Positions 41,481 through 50,877 of a DNA stretch of 64,000 nucleotides are shown here, piece by piece; position 1 is the first letter of the stretch; every line of letters begins with the position of its first letter. The notes below the pieces were generated by a model, which had not been told where the DNA came from, searched no databases, and was given only the letters and a program-made list of their open reading frames with translations. The position numbers were made by a program, and so were the translations under genes. Origin of the DNA: an uncultured bacterium (GTDB lineage: Bacteria > Babelota > Babeliae > Babelales > RVW-14); NCBI GenBank assembly GCA_963759805.1, contig CAVXAT010000008.1, positions 32,001 to 96,000 on the forward strand, read 5' to 3'.

Positions 41481-43970
41481 ATGACTATATCTTGCCGTTT
41501 ATACATTTTGATTATCTTTTCATTATTGAATTTTTGGACGCAAGACACTTATGCTAATCTCAAATTTTCAAATCCTAGCTCAGTTATTGCAATGTATCCG
41601 ACAAATTCCTTGCTTAAAATTACAAATGTCAGTAAGGTTACAGGCTGGTCAGAGCAGTCAATAGTAAAGGCATTTGGAAATAATGCACCATCACAATGGG
41701 TTGAAGGATATACAGATAATGTAATAATAGCTCAGACTGGTGGGACGGCAGTACCACACACAAATTTAATTTATTCGGACAGTAATGCCATAAACAGCCT
41801 TGACCCACTTGTAATTAATAACAGCAATGCTGTTGTTTATCTAAATGTTGCGGTCAGAACTGACAGCAATGCCTTTGCTTACGGCATCAGGAACAATAGT
41901 AACGCTATCATATACTTAAACCAGATAACCGGTGAACTCTCAATTCACAACAGTAATGCTATTATTGCTCTTAATAATACCGTCAGAACTGACAGCAATG
42001 CCTTTGCTTACGGCATCAAGAACAACAGCAACACACTGTTAGCATTAAACCGTACAACTTCAAATGCGCTTCTCTTTAGTAACAGAAACAACTCCAATGC
42101 AATCGTCAAACTGGGTGTAACCGAAAGAACTAATTCAAACGCTTTTGCTTACGGCATAACGAACAACTCGAATGCAATAACCAAGCTTGACATAACTGAG
42201 AGAACAAATTCCAATGCCTTTGCTTACGGCATCAAGAACAACAGCAACACACTGTTAGCCTTAAACCGTACAACTTCAAATGCTCTTCTCTTTAGTAACA
42301 GAAACAACTCCAATGCAATCGTCAAACTGGGTGTAACCGAAAGAACTAATTCAAACGCTTTTGCTTACGGCATAACGAACAACTCGAATGCAATAACCAA
42401 GCTTGACATAACTGAGAGAACAAATTCCAATGCCTTTGCTTACGGCATCAAGAACAACAGCAACACACTGTTAGCCTTAAACCGTACAACTTCAAATGCT
42501 CTTCTCTTCGGTGATCGAAACAACTCAAATGCGATAATAAATCTTGGTGTAACCGATAGAACAAACTCCAATGCCTTTGCCTACGGAATCAAGAACAACA
42601 GTAATGCCATTATCAAATTAAACCAGATTACCGGCGAGCTCTCTATTAATAACAGTAACGCCATCGTTTCTTGGATTAAGAGCACCAGTAATTCTGTTGT
42701 CAGCCTTGATTCTAGAGAAACAAATTTAGAAAATACTGTCAGAACTGACAGCAATGCCTTTGCTTACGGAATCAGGAACAATAGCAACGCTATCGTATAC
42801 TTAAACCAGATAACCGGTGAACTCTCAATTCACAACAGTAATGCTATTATTGCTCTTAATAATACCGTCAGAACTGACAGCAATGCCTTTGCTTACGGCA
42901 TCAGGAACAATAGTAACGCTATCGTATACTTAAACCAGATAACCGGTGAACTCTCAATTCACAACAGTAATGCTATTGTAAAAATTAATGCAGAGATGAT
43001 AACCATAAATGGACCGGGTGTAACTCAAATTAGTACCCCTACATATACTATGTTGTATGACATTTATTTGAGTACAGACCATACACTAAATATCGCAAAC
43101 AGTTGTGTGCTTGATGGCAACGGACACATGATAAATTTTGCAAAAGATAGTCCAAATATTTTCACAACAGGGATGAATAGTAACGTCATTCTTAACAATG
43201 TTGTTCTGAAAAACTTTGATGACTCATCAGTGCAACTGGGCGCCGGTGCCACATTAACATTTGGCGACGGATGCAGAATTGATCTTGCAGATGAGCAGAC
43301 AATGTCCATGCCATGGATATTCAGCGGAAATTCTGCAATCAATGGTTACGGCAACCCTCTTGATCTTGGTACACAAAGCATCCAAATCATGCAAAGTGGA
43401 ACCTTGGCGATAGAAAACCTTCTCCTGAGTGGCCTTGTAGACAACAATGTACGATGCTTAGGTCCAAACGCAAATATTACATTCAAGAATGATACATTAC
43501 AAATTACGGGCGATTACAGCTTTACGGCTGGGTCTCTGATATTCCAAGACGAAGTTGAAATCAAGTCTAATAATGAGCTTTCACTTTCAAATGAATTTAT
43601 TTACGCATCTGATCAAATATCGACAATAAACAGTTACTCAAGATTGAAATTGGATTATGGCGTGTTCTTCTATTATGCACCAAGTGTTGTGAGTAGAAAT
43701 CTAATTGCAATGCAAGATATTTCTTCAGAGTTATATTTGAATGGATGCGCATTGGCAACATCATCAGTCGGAATGTGTTTAATAAAAGGAACATTGACCG
43801 TTGACAGCGACAACCAATTAATCGATGTTTTATTTGGAACACCAACAAGTCTTGCGCAAAGTATCTGTTTTGGTGATGGATTTGCAGCTGATGACTTGGC
43901 AATAAACATACTCCCAGGCGGGCAATTGGATATAACCAATGGAATACTTGATTACCAAAACGTAAATTAA
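41481..43970 (+). CDS. Secreted SN-hendecad-repeat fibre-like protein with beta-helix-like C-terminal domain
   Basis: Signal-peptide-like N-terminus; about 35 xxSN(A/T/S) repeats spaced mostly 11/14/18 aa; G/N/L-rich beta-solenoid-like C-domain. Confidence 0.65.
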   Translation: MTISCRLYILIIFSLLNFWTQDTYANLKFSNPSSVIAMYPTNSLLKITNVSKVTGWSEQSIVKAFGNNAPSQWVEGYTDNVIIAQTGGTAVPHTNLIYSDSNAINSLDPLVINNSNAVVYLNVAVRTDSNAFAYGIRNNSNAIIYLNQITGELSIHNSNAIIALNNTVRTDSNAFAYGIKNNSNTLLALNRTTSNALLFSNRNNSNAIVKLGVTERTNSNAFAYGITNNSNAITKLDITERTNSNAFAYGIKNNSNTLLALNRTTSNALLFSNRNNSNAIVKLGVTERTNSNAFAYGITNNSNAITKLDITERTNSNAFAYGIKNNSNTLLALNRTTSNALLFGDRNNSNAIINLGVTDRTNSNAFAYGIKNNSNAIIKLNQITGELSINNSNAIVSWIKSTSNSVVSLDSRETNLENTVRTDSNAFAYGIRNNSNAIVYLNQITGELSIHNSNAIIALNNTVRTDSNAFAYGIRNNSNAIVYLNQITGELSIHNSNAIVKINAEMITINGPGVTQISTPTYTMLYDIYLSTDHTLNIANSCVLDGNGHMINFAKDSPNIFTTGMNSNVILNNVVLKNFDDSSVQLGAGATLTFGDGCRIDLADEQTMSMPWIFSGNSAINGYGNPLDLGTQSIQIMQSGTLAIENLLLSGLVDNNVRCLGPNANITFKNDTLQITGDYSFTAGSLIFQDEVEIKSNNELSLSNEFIYASDQISTINSYSRLKLDYGVFFYYAPSVVSRNLIAMQDISSELYLNGCALATSSVGMCLIKGTLTVDSDNQLIDVLFGTPTSLAQSICFGDGFAADDLAINILPGGQLDITNGILDYQNVN
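41853..42975 (+). repeat. Intragenic tandem modules of 129 nt and 216 nt
   Basis: GTCAGAACTGACAGC at 41853, 41982, 42738, 42867 (129-nt period); CAATGCCTTTGCTTACGGCATCAAGAAC at 41996, 42212, 42428 (216-nt period). Confidence 0.9.
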
Positions 43971-44014
43971 TTTAACAAGATCAGACAAAAAATTCGAGCC
44001 ACCAGAATTGGTTC

Positions 44015-44647
44015 ATGAGTATCGGAGCAATTACGATGTCAAAAGAGATAGAGATAAAAATCAAGTTAGATAACAGCCAGGTAGAACAGTTTAAAAAGTG
44101 GCTTATCCAGCATGCAAAATTTATGGATAAACTGCAAATTATTGATTATTACCTGGATAATCCTAAAAAAAGTTTTTACAAAGTTAGCCCTCAAGGGTTC
44201 AAGGATCCTCTCGAGTTTTGGCGCGTCAGACAAATCGATAATGTTTATTTCTTATGTAACAAAAAAAGAGTAATTGATGAAACCGGAAAAACTGTAAGTG
44301 TTGAGGAAAACGAAGCTGTAACACCAGAAGGAGAAGCCATTTTACAAATTTTTAAGAAACGCGGATTTACTGACCAAATTATTATTTATAAAACAAGAGA
44401 AATTTTCCAATACGAGGATTTTGAAATTGTTTTAGATTATGTTAAAAAATTGGGGGAATTTGTCGAAATCGAATTAAAATCGGACGAACAAGACCCAATC
44501 CAAGGGAAAAAACTAATTTATGACTTGTTAAAAAAAATCGGGCTTACAGAGTTTATTCAATTTGACCGCGGATATCTTTGTATGATTTTAAACGCTGGAT
44601 ACAACTTTGGCGAAAAAGTAAATTTAAACAATACAGGCCAGAATTAA
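44015..44647 (+). CDS. cyaB: CYTH-domain protein (class IV adenylate cyclase-like)
   Basis: EIEIK, DYYLD, WRVR, KTREIF, LDYVKKLGEFVEIE. Confidence 0.8.
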   Translation: MSIGAITMSKEIEIKIKLDNSQVEQFKKWLIQHAKFMDKLQIIDYYLDNPKKSFYKVSPQGFKDPLEFWRVRQIDNVYFLCNKKRVIDETGKTVSVEENEAVTPEGEAILQIFKKRGFTDQIIIYKTREIFQYEDFEIVLDYVKKLGEFVEIELKSDEQDPIQGKKLIYDLLKKIGLTEFIQFDRGYLCMILNAGYNFGEKVNLNNTGQN

Positions 44648-44663
44648 CTGGCCTATAATTTTT
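44635..44663. terminator. Possible hairpin terminator between convergent cyaB and trxA
   Basis: AGGCCAG-aattaa-CTGGCCT followed by an AT/T-rich tract. Confidence 0.4.
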
Positions 44664-44668
44664 ACCGC

Positions 44669-44992
44669 TTACTTTTCAAAATAGCTTTGAATCTTACTTT
44701 TCAGCGTATCTTTATTCATAAACCCAGTTTCTCTTCCAATCACAACTCCATTCTTAATAAATAAAAATGTTGGAATAGACGAAACATTATGCTTAACCGC
44801 TATTTCACGTTCCTCATCAATGTTGACTTTGGCAAATTTGTACTTGATAAACAGTTCTGCTGCCACCTCATCCAAAACAGGTGACATCATCTTGCAAGGC
44901 CCGCACCAGGTTGCGTAAAAATCAACTACGACAGGTTGTGCCGACTTCATAATTTCTTGTTCAAAATTTTGAGTTGTTGCTATCTTAACCAT
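44669..44992 (-). CDS. trxA: Thioredoxin
   Basis: VDFYATWCGPCK, SSIPT. Confidence 0.95.
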   Translation of the reverse strand: MVKIATTQNFEQEIMKSAQPVVVDFYATWCGPCKMMSPVLDEVAAELFIKYKFAKVNIDEEREIAVKHNVSSIPTFLFIKNGVVIGRETGFMNKDTLKSKIQSYFEK

Positions 44993-45080
44993 ATCAAAAC
45001 TCCTCTTAATAAAGTTGAGGACTAATCAAATAAACAAAATCTAAGGCTAGTATAGTAAATATGGCATGAAATTGCACCTG

Positions 45081-47177
45081 CTAATTCACCTGTCCGATAT
45101 AGTCAACAAAATCAGGGTACTGTTCTTGTGGAATCTGCGGTTTTTCTACCGCAGTCCAGTCGTTTGTTTTTGGTTCAACAAGCCGAGAATACCGATTGAA
45201 CCAAACCCCATTGTGATTATTTAAAATATTTTTTATCCATTCATACGATTTTTTATCGGTTATTTTTGAAAGCAGTAAAACACTTGAATGGGTCGCATTT
45301 ATTCTGTTGTCATCAAACCATTTTTGGTGATTTAAATACTCTGCATTAAAAGAAAAAAGATGTACCGGTTTTTTGTCGGTATTTAGTCCTTTGTATAATC
45401 CCTTATAAAACCAGTTTATTAAAATATTTGGCATATAACAGGCAATGATACAGTCATTAATTTTATTATCAAAGGCCTGTTTAAGCTTATTTCCAATTTC
45501 AATTGCTTGATTTTCAAGGAAATCAAAGTATTTTGTGCCCATTTTTTTATCAATTAAAAACTGTACCATTTCTGCAACCTTCATTTGCTGCATTTGTAAA
45601 TTATTTTTACGTAAGAATAAATTAAAATTACGGTTATTAAAGCCCATGGTTGAGAAGAATGTTCCTGTTGTTTTTCGACAGTACATTTCAAGATCAATCA
45701 TTATTCCTGAGATAGGAATCCCATTACATATTTCAGGATTATTCCATTGCTCTACCAACTTTTCAATCGGAACCTCTATTTCGTTATGCCAGAAATTTTG
45801 ATCTACTGGATCAGGTATGTCACCGTATGCATTGTCATAAACATCATGAGCACAGGGTTTGGGTAAATTTGGCTCATAAATATTATTTGTTATTTCAAAT
45901 CCAATTAAAATCTTTGGACCTGCCTGGTTTGAGCTGATGACTGCGGTTTTTAACTTCTTTGTAAATAAAGCAATTGTTTCTATTAATTTTTTTTCTCCGT
46001 CAGCCTTGCGTGCAATTGGACTGTAAAACATGTTTGGATTTAAACTTATCCAAAGGGCATCAAGCTTAGACTTTATAATAAAGTCAATTAACTTGTCTTG
46101 CTGTAGCCTTTGATTTGCGATTTTATCATCCTGTTGAGTTGATGTTAGTTTTGAATCGAGCTGAATGGGTTCAAAAACATTTAGTTCCATCCACGCAGTC
46201 TTTCTCAATGGATAGTTTTCGTTGCGACTTATTTTTTTGCCAAAGTTTTCAATGGCATCACTGCTTTGCACCTGTGTTGATGTAACAACACTGTCCAAAG
46301 CTTTAGACGACGGAATTTGGTTGATCATATCTCTTATTCCAACCAACATCTCTTTTCGTAAACTGAAATCATTAGGACAGAAATGGAAACTCTCCATAAT
46401 TCCCGAAAAAGTAAGTATTGTTTGATTCGATATAAAAACATGATTTTGTTTAATCGGATTGAACCAGTAAATTCCATAAGGCATGGTATTTACCACCGGG
46501 TCTAGATATTTTCTGATAATTGGAAGAGCTTTTAAATATTCGCAAGACTCACCCAAAAGCTGCGTTATCTTTGTTGAGTAAAAACCTACACCACCATGCG
46601 GTTGACTTAGTGTTGTTTGATATTGCAATGGCCTACTCTCAGGCGGTCTTGTTAAGAAAGCATTTGCCAATGTTATAAAATTTTCAACTTTCTTATCCCC
46701 CAACACTTTATTATTTGTTTCAATTCCCATTGGGTTAAAAATAGGTGCAAATTTTTCAACCAGATTTATTTGCGGATTAATATTAAGAGATGGAAAGATT
46801 AGGCCTACCAGTTTATTCGGTTTTTGACAAAAATTGTTGAGCATCGTAAGAATTTTTTTAGCCACCGGCGACGTGTCTATTGATTTTAAAAACTCGATTC
46901 CAATTATGAAAAATGTCGCTTGGGCTGATGGATCCAAATCTTGCCCATCTAAGTCCATAATTTGATCAAAACCAAGATATTTAACATCCCAATTGGCTTC
47001 TTTCAAAATCTGGATAAACGGATAATACAAAAAAGCCTCGCGATGTGTCGAATCTATTATTAAAAATTCTCTGTTTACAGATTCTCTATTTGCCGCTGGT
47101 ATTTCTGCCCAGGTATTTTTGCTGGCAAAAATCATGAAAATCAAAATAAATATTCTTGAAATACTAAAACTTTTCAT
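45081..47177 (-). CDS. Secreted hypothetical protein; C-terminal half possibly GH-like TIM barrel
   Basis: Signal-peptide-like N-terminus; SGIMIDLEMY; no firm family. Confidence 0.45.
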   Translation of the reverse strand: MKSFSISRIFILIFMIFASKNTWAEIPAANRESVNREFLIIDSTHREAFLYYPFIQILKEANWDVKYLGFDQIMDLDGQDLDPSAQATFFIIGIEFLKSIDTSPVAKKILTMLNNFCQKPNKLVGLIFPSLNINPQINLVEKFAPIFNPMGIETNNKVLGDKKVENFITLANAFLTRPPESRPLQYQTTLSQPHGGVGFYSTKITQLLGESCEYLKALPIIRKYLDPVVNTMPYGIYWFNPIKQNHVFISNQTILTFSGIMESFHFCPNDFSLRKEMLVGIRDMINQIPSSKALDSVVTSTQVQSSDAIENFGKKISRNENYPLRKTAWMELNVFEPIQLDSKLTSTQQDDKIANQRLQQDKLIDFIIKSKLDALWISLNPNMFYSPIARKADGEKKLIETIALFTKKLKTAVISSNQAGPKILIGFEITNNIYEPNLPKPCAHDVYDNAYGDIPDPVDQNFWHNEIEVPIEKLVEQWNNPEICNGIPISGIMIDLEMYCRKTTGTFFSTMGFNNRNFNLFLRKNNLQMQQMKVAEMVQFLIDKKMGTKYFDFLENQAIEIGNKLKQAFDNKINDCIIACYMPNILINWFYKGLYKGLNTDKKPVHLFSFNAEYLNHQKWFDDNRINATHSSVLLLSKITDKKSYEWIKNILNNHNGVWFNRYSRLVEPKTNDWTAVEKPQIPQEQYPDFVDYIGQVN

Positions 47178-47382
47178 TGGCCCACCCTCCCCCTCAAAGA
47201 CTGCTTCTTAATTATGTAAATTATTATTTGTCATCTTTCAGTTATAATATTATTAAATTTGTTTACAAATAGTCAATGAAAGCGTTTAAATGGGAGTTTA
47301 AGTAAATGGAAAAGCTCAAAGTCTCTCTTTTTCTTAACCAAATCATGTGCTAACTTATAAACGTCAAAATTTTTATTTATAA

Positions 47383-47542
47383 AAACACCAGTTCGATAAC
47401 TCAGCAGAATTTAAAACGCCTACGGGGAGAGACTTTTGAATTGCATATTTGTCATCCTGAACTAGTTTCAGGATGACAAATCTCTGATCGGAAGACACCT
47501 TTGGCGTCCACAGCCGTTTTTCTAATTATCGAATTGGCGTTA
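47383..47542. mobile_element. MITE-like element, copy 3 (shortest)
   Basis: Left AAACACCAGTTCGATAACT, right AATTATCGAATTGGCGTTA; single hairpin TTTGTCATCCTGAA-CTAGT-TTCAGGATGACAAA; last ~70 nt closely match copy 4. Confidence 0.75.
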
Positions 47543-47572
47543 TAAAAAATGGGATTCTTAAAGGAGATTCTT

Positions 47573-49237
47573 ATGCGTTTTTTTAAATTTAAAAAATTCA
47601 AACCCATTATTTTATTGGCTATTTTTATCTCTGCCGCTTGCTCAAAAGACAACACTGACAAAAAAACAACCGAACACGATCCTGTAATTCATTTAGCACA
47701 TCTAACAGATGGATGGTACCCGCAAGACGAAATGGCGCTAACTGAAACATTAAAAGATTTTTTCACACAAGCAAAAAAGGAGTTTAATCTAGTCGGTGAT
47801 TCACAATCAGTCAAAGGTTTAATTGTACCCCATGCAGGAATGTATTACTCGGGATTATGCGCGGCAGCAACTTATCAGTCATTACTTCTACAGGACGGGG
47901 CAAAAAATGATACATATAAAACCGTCATAATTTTGGCACCAAGCCATACCACATTCATCAATGGAATAGCATTACCCGACTATGATGTTTATAAAACAGC
48001 ACTCGGAGAGATAAAAGTTGATACACAAGCCCTGAAAATTTTAAAAAACTCAAGTTTATTTAAAATAATGAAAGAGGCACATGACAAAGAACACGCAATT
48101 GAAATTCAACTACCATTTTTGCAGCAAGTTTTGAGCAATTTTAAAATTGTGCCACTGATTGTTGGAAATTTAACCGAGGAAAATCTTGCGCTATCTGTTA
48201 AACAGTTACAAAAAATTATTGATGATAAAACATTAATTATTGTAAGTTCTGACTTTACTCATCATGGATCATCTTATGATTATAAACCATTTACGCGTGA
48301 CATTTTGGCTCAAATTAGATACCTAGATTCAGTAGCAGTTCATCTGATCTCAACTTATTCTGTACCAACTTTTGATAAATTTTTAGGAGATACCGGAACC
48401 ACAATTTGTGGCGCCAACCCAATAAGGGTCCTGATGGGACTTATATACCTTCGATCACTGGGGCCAGTTATAAATACCCGCTTAGCTTGCTACTACACAT
48501 CTGCACAACTTAGTAGTGCAAGAACCCACTTAAACTCAAATAATATTATTAGTACAAAAAAACTGCTTACCCCACTTGAAGACAAATTTGTTGATAATAG
48601 CGTTAGTTACGCGGGATTAATTTTTACTGATCAGAAAATATCTGATTTAAAAGATAAAGATCAATTTACAGATTTTGAAAAGAAATCATTACTGCGTTTA
48701 GTTAGAGATAAAATCGAAAATGAGTTTAAAACAGGGGATAATAAATTGCCTGACCATATTTTATATCCAATTCTTGCCCCTGCCTTACTAAAAACATCCG
48801 GAGCCTTTGTAACACTAAATACAAAAGATGGCAACCTGCGTGGTTGCATCGGCCGTATTATTTCCGATGCACCGCTATTCCAAACTGTTGGAGAAATGGC
48901 AATTGCTTGCGCTTTTCACGATGATCGGTTCTTGCCAGTAAAAAAAGAAGAACTTGATAATATTGTAATTGATATTACAATTCTCACACCCCCACAAAAA
49001 ATTGAAAACTATCAGGAAATTAAAATTGGGAGAGATGGAGTAGTTCTGAAGAAAATTGGAAACAATGGAGAAATTATTACATCATCAGTATTTTTACCGC
49101 AGGTTCCATCAAGTTTTGGTTGGGATTTACAAACAACTCTTGAACAGTTGAGCAGAAAGGCCGGCTTGGGGAAAGACGAATGGAAAGATAATTGCAAATT
49201 TGAAGTTTTTCAAGGTTTTGAAATCAAAGAAAGTTAA
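47573..49237 (+). CDS. amrB: AmmeMemoRadiSam protein B (MEMO1-like) fused to protein A (AMMECR1-like), with lipoprotein-like signal
   Basis: PHAGMYYSG, APSH, EHAIEIQLPFLQ, SSDFTH, TICG, VSYAG; then GAFVTL, LRGCIG, DDRF, VFLPQV; N-terminal LLAIFISAAC. Confidence 0.88.
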   Translation: MRFFKFKKFKPIILLAIFISAACSKDNTDKKTTEHDPVIHLAHLTDGWYPQDEMALTETLKDFFTQAKKEFNLVGDSQSVKGLIVPHAGMYYSGLCAAATYQSLLLQDGAKNDTYKTVIILAPSHTTFINGIALPDYDVYKTALGEIKVDTQALKILKNSSLFKIMKEAHDKEHAIEIQLPFLQQVLSNFKIVPLIVGNLTEENLALSVKQLQKIIDDKTLIIVSSDFTHHGSSYDYKPFTRDILAQIRYLDSVAVHLISTYSVPTFDKFLGDTGTTICGANPIRVLMGLIYLRSLGPVINTRLACYYTSAQLSSARTHLNSNNIISTKKLLTPLEDKFVDNSVSYAGLIFTDQKISDLKDKDQFTDFEKKSLLRLVRDKIENEFKTGDNKLPDHILYPILAPALLKTSGAFVTLNTKDGNLRGCIGRIISDAPLFQTVGEMAIACAFHDDRFLPVKKEELDNIVIDITILTPPQKIENYQEIKIGRDGVVLKKIGNNGEIITSSVFLPQVPSSFGWDLQTTLEQLSRKAGLGKDEWKDNCKFEVFQGFEIKES

Positions 49238-50431
49238 ATGACAAAATATGTAGTGATAGGTGCATCAGCGGCCGGCGTTGCTTGCGCCACAAAATTAAGA
49301 GAGCTAGATAAAGAATCTGAAATTATTATGATTGGGGCAGATGATAAATTGCCATGCAACAGGTGTCTTCTTTCAGAAATTTTATCCGGAGATAAAACAG
49401 AAAATGATATAAAAACCAAAGATTTAGATCATTTTAAAAAAGAAAATATAGAAGTGATGCTCAGCACGACTGTAACTGAAATTCACCCAAATGAAAAAGC
49501 TGTTACTTTAAATAATGGGCAAAAGCTATTTTATGATAAGCTTTTTTTGGGGGTAGGCAAGTCCGGATTCATTCCAGATGTTCCCGGTAGCAACTTGCAC
49601 GGTGTTTTTTCATTTTACGGTTTACCTGATGTAAAAGCCATTTGTGATTTTATTGATAAAAATAAAGTTAAAAATGTTGTTATAGTGGGAGCAGGCCTTA
49701 CAGGGCTTGAATGCTGCGACGCTTTAGCATCCAAAGGCCTGGCTGTGAGCCTAATTGAACGATCTAATCACGTTTTACCTCATCAAATTGATCCTAATGG
49801 CGCTAAATTTATTCAAAATTTGATGGGAAAAAATAAAGTTAAATTTTATCCGGGACAGATTGTTGAACGAATTTCATGTGCGGACAAAGCGAGCGAAAAA
49901 GTCAGCGGGGTGATAATTTCAGACCACGGTGAAATACAGGCAGACATGGTCATTTTTGCAATCGGTGGAAAAACTAACATACAACTCGCCCTTCATGCAG
50001 GAATAAACACATTACCTAGCGGCATAATCGTAAAAAATACAATGCAGACATCCAATTCAGACATTTTTGCAGGTGGAGACTGCTGCATTGTTAAGGATTT
50101 ATTAACGGGACGAGATGTGCAAAGCTGCCTATGGCCAGATGCGGTAATGCAAGGGATGACCGCTGCACACGGAATGGTTGGTGTAAAACGGGAATATCCC
50201 GGAACGCTGATAATTACCAGCTCAAATATATTTGGAACACAATTTGTGACGTGTGGACCGGTAAGCCTGCCAACATCAACGGGCGAAGAGATAATACAAA
50301 GCGAACCTAGTTTTTATCACAAATTTTTAATACATGATGGAGTACTTAAAGGCTTTATTATGGTTGGTAAAGTTGAAAATGTAGGCATTTTGCGTAAAAA
50401 ACTAATCGATAAAACAGCTTTTCAACCTTAA
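49238..50431 (+). CDS. FAD/NAD(P)-dependent oxidoreductase (NirB/rubredoxin-reductase-like)
   Basis: VIGASAAG, VGAGLTGLE, IFAGGDC, WPDAVMQG. Confidence 0.85.
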   Translation: MTKYVVIGASAAGVACATKLRELDKESEIIMIGADDKLPCNRCLLSEILSGDKTENDIKTKDLDHFKKENIEVMLSTTVTEIHPNEKAVTLNNGQKLFYDKLFLGVGKSGFIPDVPGSNLHGVFSFYGLPDVKAICDFIDKNKVKNVVIVGAGLTGLECCDALASKGLAVSLIERSNHVLPHQIDPNGAKFIQNLMGKNKVKFYPGQIVERISCADKASEKVSGVIISDHGEIQADMVIFAIGGKTNIQLALHAGINTLPSGIIVKNTMQTSNSDIFAGGDCCIVKDLLTGRDVQSCLWPDAVMQGMTAAHGMVGVKREYPGTLIITSSNIFGTQFVTCGPVSLPTSTGEEIIQSEPSFYHKFLIHDGVLKGFIMVGKVENVGILRKKLIDKTAFQP

Positions 50432-50442
50432 CCAAACATTCT

Positions 50443-50868
50443 TTAATTGCGATCAAAAGCCAAGTGATCAAGATAGCTTTGTAAAATAAATGCAGCGGCA
50501 AGACTGTGATTCTGTCTTTTACTTTCAGGATCATACTTGCCGCCCTGTATTTCTGAAGCTCGCTTGCTACTCAATCTTTCATCCCATAAAATCCATTTTA
50601 TGTTTGCAAAATTAACCGTTGCAAATTCAGACTCCAGCTCTTCTTTTAATTTAACTATTTTTTTTGTTTGGTCGCTTTCGGTTCCCGAAAATGTTTTTGG
50701 GTAGCCAACAACTACCGTGCTAATCTCCATTGCACCCAATGTGTCTTTTAAAAACTGCTTAAGCTCGTCCAATTCAACCGTTTTTAATGGCTTGCATGTT
50801 ATGCCAAGAGGGTCAGAAATAGCACTGCCAACCCACTTATCCCCAAGGTCTAACGCTAATATTTTCAT
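50443..50868 (-). CDS. ruvX: YqgF/RuvX pre-16S rRNA nuclease
   Basis: ILALDLGDKWVGSAISD, VVGYP, WDERLSS, AAAFILQSYLD. Confidence 0.9.
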   Translation of the reverse strand: MKILALDLGDKWVGSAISDPLGITCKPLKTVELDELKQFLKDTLGAMEISTVVVGYPKTFSGTESDQTKKIVKLKEELESEFATVNFANIKWILWDERLSSKRASEIQGGKYDPESKRQNHSLAAAFILQSYLDHLAFDRN

Positions 50869-50877
50869 CAAATCACC

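Noticed and set aside
41853..42975. CRISPR or DGR template/variable repeat pair in the SN-repeat genes
   Set aside because: Repeats are in-frame coding modules, differences are not adenine-specific, and no reverse transcriptase is in the window.
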